NCBI GenBank assembly: GCA_044346855.1
Contig: JBIIYJ010000001.1
Coordinates: 17,056-81,055, forward strand
Source of the DNA: Kiritimatiellia bacterium
Lineage (GTDB): Bacteria > Verrucomicrobiota > Kiritimatiellia > CAIKKV01
Length of the DNA stretch: 64,000 bases
Direction of reading: 5' to 3'
In this document: one piece after another, positions 57,548 to 64,000 of the stretch
Position numbering within the stretch: position 1 is the first letter of the stretch
Layout of the letters: each line of letters begins with the position of its first letter
Made by a program: the position numbers and the translations under genes
The notes under the pieces: model-generated
Told to the model about the DNA's origin: nothing
Seen by the model: only the letters and a program-made list of their open reading frames with translations
Database searches by the model: none

Positions 57548-59443
57548 ATGGATCTGTTCACTATCGTCGTCTTGCTCGCTTACCTCTTCCTGACCGGCTA
57601 CCTCGGCTACCAGGGCTACCGGCAGACCAAAACAGCCACCGATTACCTGGTCGCTGGCCGCAATGCGAACCCGGTCATCATGGCCCTCTCCTACGGCGCC
57701 ACCTTCATCAGCACCTCGGCCATCGTCGGATTCGGCGGCGTGGCGGCCAATTTCGGCATGGGGCTTCTGTGGCTGACCGTGCTCAACATCTTCGTGGGCA
57801 TCTTCATCGCCTTCGTGTTCCTGGGCAACCCCACCCGGCGGATGGGCCACCACCTGGACGCGCATACGTTCCCCGAACTGATGGGCAAGCGCTACAACAG
57901 CCGCTTCATCCAGATCGCCTGCGCCCTCATCATCTTCTGCTTCATGCCCCTCTACGCCATGGCCGTCATCATCGGCGGCGCCGAATTCATCGGCCCCATC
58001 TTCCACATCTCCTACGACGCCGCCCTCTACGTCTTCGCCTTCCTCGTCGCCGCCTACGTCATCGCCGGCGGATTGAAGGGCGTCATGCTCACCGACGCGC
58101 TCCAGGGCGCCATCATGCTGGTCGGCATGGTCTTCCTGCTGTTCGCCACCTACCACACCCTCGGCGGCGTCGTTCCCGCCCACCAGGCGCTGACCGACCT
58201 CGGCGCCAAGGTCCCCGGGGGGCTGGCCGCCATCGGCCATAAGGGCTGGACGGCGATGCCCGCCTTCGGCTGGGCCGCCGCCGGAGCGACCGGGCCCGAG
58301 GCGATGAAGTACAACCTCTGGTGGATCATGGTCTCCACCATCGTCATGGGCGTAGGCATCGGCGTGCTGGCCCAGCCCCAGCTCATCGTGCGCTTCATGA
58401 CGGTCAAGTCCAAGCAGGCCCTCAACCGCGGCGTCGCCGCCGGCGGCATCTTCATCCTGTTCATGACCGGCGTCGCCTTCGTCGTCGGCGCTCTCTCGAA
58501 TGTCTACTTCTCCAAGCATGAAGCGATCTCCTGCCGGATCATCAGCGACAGTGTCATGCTCGATCCCGGCGCCGACGGCAAGGGCAAACTGACCCTCGCG
58601 CCAGCCGATGCGCCCGAGGAAACGGCCAAGCGGTTCAAGGAATTCGTCTCCTACCGCCTGCCCGGCGAAACGGACGAAGCGCCCCTTCACTATGTCCTCA
58701 AAACGCCCGGCATGGCCCTCGAGCACGGGACCGAAGGCAAACCGGATACGGTTAAGCCCGGCCTCATCGCCATCGCCCGCACGGTCACCGTCGGCACGGC
58801 CATGACCGGGAATACCGACACCATCATCCCCAGCTTCGTGAACAGCGCCATGCCGAAGTGGTTCGGCGTGCTCTTCCTCATGACCCTGCTGTCGGCCGCC
58901 ATGAGCACGCTCTCGAGCCAGTTCCACACCATGGGAACGGCGATCGGCCGCGACATCTTCGAGACCGTGACAGGCGGCCACTCCTCCCGCTCCGTGCTCA
59001 TCACCCGCCTCGGCATCGTCGTCGGCATCATCACGGCTATCATCCTGGGCAAGTACGTGCGCGGAAACATCATCGCCATCGCCACGGCCGTCTTCTTCGG
59101 CCTCTGCGCCGCCTCGTTCCTGCCGGCCTTCCTCACGGGCCTCTTCTGGCGCCGCATGACCCGCTCCGCCGCCATCGCCTCGATCCTCGTCGGTTTCCTC
59201 TCCAGCGCCGCCTGGTCCATCTTCGTCAACGGCAAGACCGCCGCCGCCCTGGGGCTCTGCAAGTCCCTCGTCGGCCGCGACACGATCCTCACCGCCGCCT
59301 GCAGCCCCACCTGGGCCGTCGTCGACCCGCTCATCGTGGCCCTGCCGCTCTCCTTCCTGACGGCCATCGTCGTGGCGCTGCTCACCAAGCCCATGAAACC
59401 CGACTACGTCCGCTACTGCTTTGGCGGAACCAAGCCGGAGTAA
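57548..59443 (+). CDS. Sodium:solute symporter (SSS/SLC5) family transporter
   Basis: 631 aa with about 13-14 TM helices. N-terminal DYLVAGR and the SSS core, with a large periplasmic insertion. Confidence 0.9.
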   Translation: MDLFTIVVLLAYLFLTGYLGYQGYRQTKTATDYLVAGRNANPVIMALSYGATFISTSAIVGFGGVAANFGMGLLWLTVLNIFVGIFIAFVFLGNPTRRMGHHLDAHTFPELMGKRYNSRFIQIACALIIFCFMPLYAMAVIIGGAEFIGPIFHISYDAALYVFAFLVAAYVIAGGLKGVMLTDALQGAIMLVGMVFLLFATYHTLGGVVPAHQALTDLGAKVPGGLAAIGHKGWTAMPAFGWAAAGATGPEAMKYNLWWIMVSTIVMGVGIGVLAQPQLIVRFMTVKSKQALNRGVAAGGIFILFMTGVAFVVGALSNVYFSKHEAISCRIISDSVMLDPGADGKGKLTLAPADAPEETAKRFKEFVSYRLPGETDEAPLHYVLKTPGMALEHGTEGKPDTVKPGLIAIARTVTVGTAMTGNTDTIIPSFVNSAMPKWFGVLFLMTLLSAAMSTLSSQFHTMGTAIGRDIFETVTGGHSSRSVLITRLGIVVGIITAIILGKYVRGNIIAIATAVFFGLCAASFLPAFLTGLFWRRMTRSAAIASILVGFLSSAAWSIFVNGKTAAALGLCKSLVGRDTILTAACSPTWAVVDPLIVALPLSFLTAIVVALLTKPMKPDYVRYCFGGTKPE

Positions 59444-59471
59444 AAAGGGTTCAGGGTTCGGGGTCATGCAG

Positions 59472-59504
59472 AGATAGGTCCTATAGGTCTTATAGGACCT
59501 ATCT
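59472..59504. repeat. 14-bp stem inverted repeat (AGATAGGTCCTATA-ggtct-TATAGGACCTATCT)
   Basis: Read directly. Sits between the symporter and the GH20-like gene, followed only by TT. Hairpin or palindromic operator. Confidence 0.5.
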
Positions 59505-59513
59505 TTCAGCCCA

Positions 59514-61574
59514 ATGAGCCTTTTCAAACAAGAGGCGCTGGGTTATGATGCGGCCATGAAAAACAACCGCGCGGCGGCCGAGCCCCTCCTGCTTCCCAAA
59601 CCCCAATCCCTGACGCGCGGCGCCGGCGCCTTTCGGCTTCCGAAAAAACCCGAGCTCGAACTCGGGCGCGATGCCGTCGACCTGGCCGAGGTGCTGCTTC
59701 CGGAGTGGCCGCAGGACCAGCCCGAGCCGGTTATCGCCTTCCTGGAGGAGCCCGGCTTTTTCTTCCAACTCGGCGCGCCCGTAAAGTCGCCCCGCCTGCC
59801 CGAGTCGCGCCAGGCCTTCACCCTCGTCGTCACCCCAAAAGGCATCTCGGCACGCGCGCGGACCTATCCCGGCCTGCTCTATGCCTGGCAGGCGCTCAAG
59901 CAACTGATCCGCCAATACGGCGCCGCGATCCCGTCCGTCACGATCCGGGACTGGCCCGACCTCGACTGGCGCGTCTACCACCTCGATCTCAAGGGGACCC
60001 GGCGCCGCTTTGAGAACATGCTCGCCATTCTCCCGGAACTGGCGGAATTCAGGATCAACGCCATCGTCGCGGAATATGAGGACGCCGTCCGCCTCGACCG
60101 CCATCCCGACATCGCCACGCCGGAGGCGCTCACGCCCACCCAGGTCCGCGCCTACGTCGCGGAAGCCGCCCGCTTCGGCATCACCGTCATCCCCCTGGTC
60201 CAGACCCTCGGCCACCTCCAGTACCTGCTCTCCAAACCCGCCTACGCCCGGCTGCGCGAAGAGCCCTCCGACCCCTCCGAGGCCTGCTCCTCCCACCCCG
60301 ACACCTGGCCGCTGATCCGGGACTTCATCGACGAACTGATCGACATGCACCCCGGCGTCCCCTACCTGCACGTGGGGCTGGATGAAACCGCCCGCGTCGG
60401 AACCTGCCCCCGCTGCCTGAAGATCCTCGCCGGGAAACCCCGCATCAACCGCTACCTCGACTGGGTGGACAAGGTCTCCGCCTATTGCCTCGAACGCGGG
60501 GTCACCCCCATCCTGTGGGGCGACATCATCGCCAAGGAATTGAACCCGGCCCTCGCCCGCCGCCTGCCCCGCGAGGCCATCTACGGCGACTGGGGCTACC
60601 TCGAAACAGGGGCGCTGCATTTCTCGCTCCGCCGCTTCAAGGGCGGCCTCATCAGCCGCGAATGGCTCAAGCGCCCCGAGGGGCGGATCGACCTGCTGCC
60701 CCGACTCGGCTTCCCGGGGAAGGCCCGCTATTTCGAGGATCTCGAATCCGCCGACCGGCGCCTCCTGGCCCCCTTCATGCGGAACCCCGAGGCGCCCCAA
60801 TGGGTGCCCAGCGACGCGATTCCCGCCGCCTTCACCCGCTTCGGCCTCTCCCTCGGCGTGGTCAGCGGCATCCGCGTCTCGTTCCACGGCTCCCTGGCGC
60901 CCCGCTTCATCACCGGCCAGCTCAACACGATCCAGGCCGCCGAAGCCTGCAAGAAAAACAAGGGCCTCATGCTCTTCGGGTCCAGCTGGTCGCGCGGCCA
61001 CAGCCTCGCCCGCACCAACGCCCATCCCGAACTCGACTGGTACGGCATCGCCACCCTCGGCGCCGCCGGCTGGTCCCGCTTCGGCGATTCCGACCTGCGC
61101 GAGTTCGACCGCCGCTTCGCCTTCCACTTCTTCGGCCTGCCCGACGGCGAAATCGGGGACATCCTCTTCCTTCACGAGCGAACCGCCCCGCGCGCCGATC
61201 ACATGCTGGAAAACTACATGCCCGTGGTGATCGAGCGGCTCAACGCCCTGCGCCCCGCCGTTGTGCGCAACCGGCCCCGCTTCGACCTTCTGCGGACCGT
61301 CTGCCAGGCGCAGCAACTCCAGTTCCGCGCGCAGTTCGCCCTGCTGGAAATCGAATATTTCTACACCAACTGGCAGCGCGCCGCGCCGGCCTTCCGCCGC
61401 CGGATCCTGGCGGATTGCCGGGCCGTGGAAAAAGACATCAACGCGGCCAAGCCCGCCCTCGTCAAATGCTACGCCGCCACGATCCTCCCCCGCGATGCCG
61501 CCGAACTGGCCGACGCCCAGCTGAATTACTTCCGGGATGTCATGCTGGCCATGGCCGGGAAGATGAAAGCCTAA
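59514..61574 (+). CDS. Glycoside hydrolase family 20-like protein (beta-N-acetylhexosaminidase-related)
   Basis: 686 aa. LHVGLDE (compare GH20 H-x-GGDE with the adjacent Asp-Glu catalytic pair). TIM-barrel-like spacing. Unusual CPRC insertion. Confidence 0.5.
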   Translation: MSLFKQEALGYDAAMKNNRAAAEPLLLPKPQSLTRGAGAFRLPKKPELELGRDAVDLAEVLLPEWPQDQPEPVIAFLEEPGFFFQLGAPVKSPRLPESRQAFTLVVTPKGISARARTYPGLLYAWQALKQLIRQYGAAIPSVTIRDWPDLDWRVYHLDLKGTRRRFENMLAILPELAEFRINAIVAEYEDAVRLDRHPDIATPEALTPTQVRAYVAEAARFGITVIPLVQTLGHLQYLLSKPAYARLREEPSDPSEACSSHPDTWPLIRDFIDELIDMHPGVPYLHVGLDETARVGTCPRCLKILAGKPRINRYLDWVDKVSAYCLERGVTPILWGDIIAKELNPALARRLPREAIYGDWGYLETGALHFSLRRFKGGLISREWLKRPEGRIDLLPRLGFPGKARYFEDLESADRRLLAPFMRNPEAPQWVPSDAIPAAFTRFGLSLGVVSGIRVSFHGSLAPRFITGQLNTIQAAEACKKNKGLMLFGSSWSRGHSLARTNAHPELDWYGIATLGAAGWSRFGDSDLREFDRRFAFHFFGLPDGEIGDILFLHERTAPRADHMLENYMPVVIERLNALRPAVVRNRPRFDLLRTVCQAQQLQFRAQFALLEIEYFYTNWQRAAPAFRRRILADCRAVEKDINAAKPALVKCYAATILPRDAAELADAQLNYFRDVMLAMAGKMKA

Positions 61575-61624
61575 CGGCGCGAAACGCCATTGCGTTCACG
61601 GCGGAAACGCTTTATTTTGATGGC

Positions 61625-63037
61625 ATGACAACGCGCCCCGACATCCTTTTCATCATGACCGACCACACCTCCGCCCGCGCTCTGGCCAGCGGAACAGGCT
61701 GCCGGACTCCCAACCTGGATGCCCTGGCCGCGGACGGCCGCACGTTCAACCGCTGCTACACGACCCACGCCATCTGCTCGCCTGCCCGCGCCTCGCTCAT
61801 GACGGGAACCTATCCCTCAACGCACGGCATCTGGGACTGCACCCACACCCAGCCCAAAAACTGGGTCCGCCTGCTCCCCGGCCAGCCCCCGTTTTTCTCC
61901 TCCTACCTGGCCGAGGCCGGCTACCGCACCGGCTATTTCGGCAAATGGCACGTGGAGCCGACCGGCAAGCTCGAGAATTTCGGCTGGCAGGAATACGACC
62001 ACACGTCCAGCGCCGGCCTGAAAGCCGACCCGACCCGCCCCCAGGTCTCCCTGCCCAAGGAGGGCTACCGCGACTACCGCCCCGCCGGCGTCTGCACGAC
62101 GCCCGACCCCCGCCACCCGGCCTTCGAGCGGGGCATCGACTTCATCCGCCGCGCGGCCGCCTCCGAGACCCCCTTCTGCTGCTTCGTCTCCGCCTCGGAA
62201 CCCCACGACCCCTATATTGCCCCGGAAGCCTTCCTCAACCTGTACAACCTGGACACGATCCCCCTCAGCCCCAGCCTGCACGACGACAACGCCGACAAGC
62301 CCGAAGTCGTCCGCCGCATGCACGCCATCTGGGAAGGGCTCTCGGATGCCGACTGGCGCCGCCTCACCGCTTCCTACTGGTCCCTCATCTCGTTCCTCGA
62401 CGCCGAGGTCGGCCGCCTGATCCGCGCGCTCAAGGAGTCCGGCCGCTACGACAACACCATCATCGTCTTCACCAGCGACCATGGCGACATGATGGGCGCC
62501 CACGGCCTTTGCGCCAAGGGGGTGGGAACGGCCTACGAGGAAGTCTACAACATCCCCCTCATCCTGCGCGCGCCCGGCGCGCGCACGGGCGTGGCCGACG
62601 GCGACAGCGTCGTCAGCATGGTGGACCTGGGCCCCACCCTTCTGGACCTGTGCCTGGCCCGGGACCTGCCCGGCGCCCAGGGCCGCAGCCTCAAGCCCGT
62701 TCTCGAGGACCGGCACAATCCGGCCGACTGGCGCGAGGCCTACGCCGAATTCTACGGCCAGCGGTATGTCTACACGCAGCGGCTGACCTGGCACGGCGAC
62801 TGGAAATATGTCTTTTCCCCGGGCGGGTGCGACGAACTGTACAACCTGGTCGAGGACCCGTTCGAACGACGCAACCTGGCGGCCGACCCCGCCTTCCGGC
62901 CCGTCCTGCTGGACATGTGCCGCCGCATGTGGCGGAAGGCGAAAACCATCGGCGACGAGTCGCTGACCAACGCCCATTACGCCCTGCTGAGGACCGCGCC
63001 CATCGGCCCCCTGTCGGCCGGGGAGGCGCTGTCGTGA
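61625..63037 (+). CDS. Sulfatase (formylglycine-dependent)
   Basis: 470 aa. CSPAR C-x-P-x-R motif and the LFIMTDH N-terminal metal site. Confidence 0.9.
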   Translation: MTTRPDILFIMTDHTSARALASGTGCRTPNLDALAADGRTFNRCYTTHAICSPARASLMTGTYPSTHGIWDCTHTQPKNWVRLLPGQPPFFSSYLAEAGYRTGYFGKWHVEPTGKLENFGWQEYDHTSSAGLKADPTRPQVSLPKEGYRDYRPAGVCTTPDPRHPAFERGIDFIRRAAASETPFCCFVSASEPHDPYIAPEAFLNLYNLDTIPLSPSLHDDNADKPEVVRRMHAIWEGLSDADWRRLTASYWSLISFLDAEVGRLIRALKESGRYDNTIIVFTSDHGDMMGAHGLCAKGVGTAYEEVYNIPLILRAPGARTGVADGDSVVSMVDLGPTLLDLCLARDLPGAQGRSLKPVLEDRHNPADWREAYAEFYGQRYVYTQRLTWHGDWKYVFSPGGCDELYNLVEDPFERRNLAADPAFRPVLLDMCRRMWRKAKTIGDESLTNAHYALLRTAPIGPLSAGEALS

Positions 63038-63456
63038 CCTGGCAGTTCTGGGCAGTTTTATCGGCCGCGTTCGCGGCCCTCACAGCGATCCTGGCCAAGG
63101 TGGGCATCCAGGGCATGAATTCGGACTTCGCCACCCTGATCCGGACGATCGTCATCCTGGCGGCGCTGGCGCTGTTCGTCCTGGCCACGAGACAATATCA
63201 AAGCCTCGCCTCGATCTCCCCCCGCAGCCTGGTGTTCCTGGTGCTGTCCGGACTGGCGACCGGCGCCTCCTGGGTGTGCTACTTCCGCGCGCTGAAGCTA
63301 GGCAAGGCCTCCCTGGTCGCCCCGGTCGACAAGCTCAGCGTCGTCCTGGTCGCCGTGCTGGGCGTCCTTTTCCTGGGCGAAAAACTGGCGCCCCGCAATT
63401 GGGTTGGAATCCTCCTGATCGCCCTCGGGGCCGCCCTTGTCGCATGGAAACGTTGA
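63034..63456 (+). CDS. EamA-like/DMT family small membrane transporter
   Basis: 140 aa with four TM helices. GTG start overlaps the sulfatase stop (GTGA). SD GGGAGG. Confidence 0.65.
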   Translation: MTWQFWAVLSAAFAALTAILAKVGIQGMNSDFATLIRTIVILAALALFVLATRQYQSLASISPRSLVFLVLSGLATGASWVCYFRALKLGKASLVAPVDKLSVVLVAVLGVLFLGEKLAPRNWVGILLIALGAALVAWKR

Positions 63457-63475
63457 ACCTGAAAGGACAATGCCG

Positions 63476-64000
63476 ATGAAAAAGCTGATTGCTGGAATCC
63501 TGCTGACCGCCATGGCCGCCGGCGCCGGGGCCCTCGAACTGAAGGACAAGACCCTCCCCGCACCCCGCAAGGACGGCGGCAAGCCCGTCATGAACGCGCT
63601 GGCCGAACGCCGGTCGCTCCGCGAATTCAGCCCCCGGAAACTGGAGCTCCAGGTCCTTTCCGACCTGCTCTGGGCCGCCAACGGAATCAACCGCGACAGC
63701 GGCATGCGCACCGCCCCGTCCACCATGAACTGGCAGGAAATCGAGGTTTACGCCGTCCTCGAGGAAGGCGCCTTTCTCTACGACCCCAAGGCCAACACGC
63801 TGAAGGCCGCGATGGACGGCGACCTGCGCAAACTGACCGGACTGCAGGACTTCGCCGCCACCGCGCCGCTCAACCTCGTTTTCGTGGCCGACACGGCCCG
63901 GATGAAGGGCGCGCAGCTGGTCGACCTGGAAAAATGGTCCTACGCCGACGCCGGCTTCGTGAGCCAGAACGTGTACCTGTTTTGCGCTTCCGAGGGGCTG
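63476..64000 (+). CDS. Nitroreductase-family (SagB-type) protein, 5' part; truncated at window end
   Basis: Signal-like N-terminus MKKLIAGILLTAMAAGAGA. LLWAANGINR...RTAPSTMNWQEIEVY nitroreductase-fold motifs. SD GAAAGGA. Confidence 0.6.
   Translation, partial: MKKLIAGILLTAMAAGAGALELKDKTLPAPRKDGGKPVMNALAERRSLREFSPRKLELQVLSDLLWAANGINRDSGMRTAPSTMNWQEIEVYAVLEEGAFLYDPKANTLKAAMDGDLRKLTGLQDFAATAPLNLVFVADTARMKGAQLVDLEKWSYADAGFVSQNVYLFCASEGL

Noticed and set aside
52156-61316. Several 500-800-aa minus-strand ORFs (52156-53838, 54415-56820, 57392-59527, 59499-61316)
   Set aside because: Antisense to the heparinase-like, sulfatase, symporter and GH20-like genes. Their composition is unlike real proteins.

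Overview
This is a roughly 64 kb, high-GC (about 65 %), gene-dense chromosomal segment with about 50 protein-coding genes. Many are joined by 1-4 bp ATGA/GTGA overlaps. I found no rRNA, tRNA, CRISPR array, transposase or integrase by eye. Taxonomy is an inference from gene content: classic prepilin-type pilins (MKKRGFTLVEIMIVVAIIGLLAAIAIP), many sulfatases and heparinase-like lyases, a DUF481 outer-membrane protein and sigma-54 control point to a diderm, glycan-degrading PVC-type bacterium (Kiritimatiellota, Verrucomicrobiota or Lentisphaerota-like).

Coordinates 1-19 kb are housekeeping genes with some accessory content: Gfo/Idh/MocA oxidoreductase, M20 peptidase, bifunctional nuclease, trmB, AI-2E transporter, dnaG, a TPR lipoprotein, a ClpX paralogue, dnaE translationally coupled to two coiled-coil proteins, and a vapBC toxin-antitoxin pair.

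Coordinates 19-29.7 kb carry an operon acd-proC-top6B-top6A-nudix, that is, a bacterial type IIB topoisomerase (Topo VI), plus an FGGY sugar kinase.

Coordinates 29.7-35.5 kb form a sigma-54-controlled T2SS/T4P-like module: gspE/pilB, gspF/pilC, an NtrC-type enhancer-binding protein and two paralogous pilins. Sigma-54 promoters and terminators are readable in the sequence.

Coordinates 35.5-63 kb are a large glycan-utilisation region (probably sulfated glycans): GH4, an AraC regulator, two heparinase II/III-like proteins, a BNR sialidase-like protein, hydrolases, two zinc ADHs, two formylglycine-type sulfatases, a GH20-like hydrolase and an SSS symporter with a small accessory protein.

Features worth a closer look: a 120-aa protein consisting only of sigma-70 region 1.2-2; perfect heptanucleotide tandem arrays (GCCTAYA)x8 and (ATAGCGR)x4 in promoter regions; an N-terminally truncated ClpX; and dnaE coupled to DUF4339/coiled-coil proteins.
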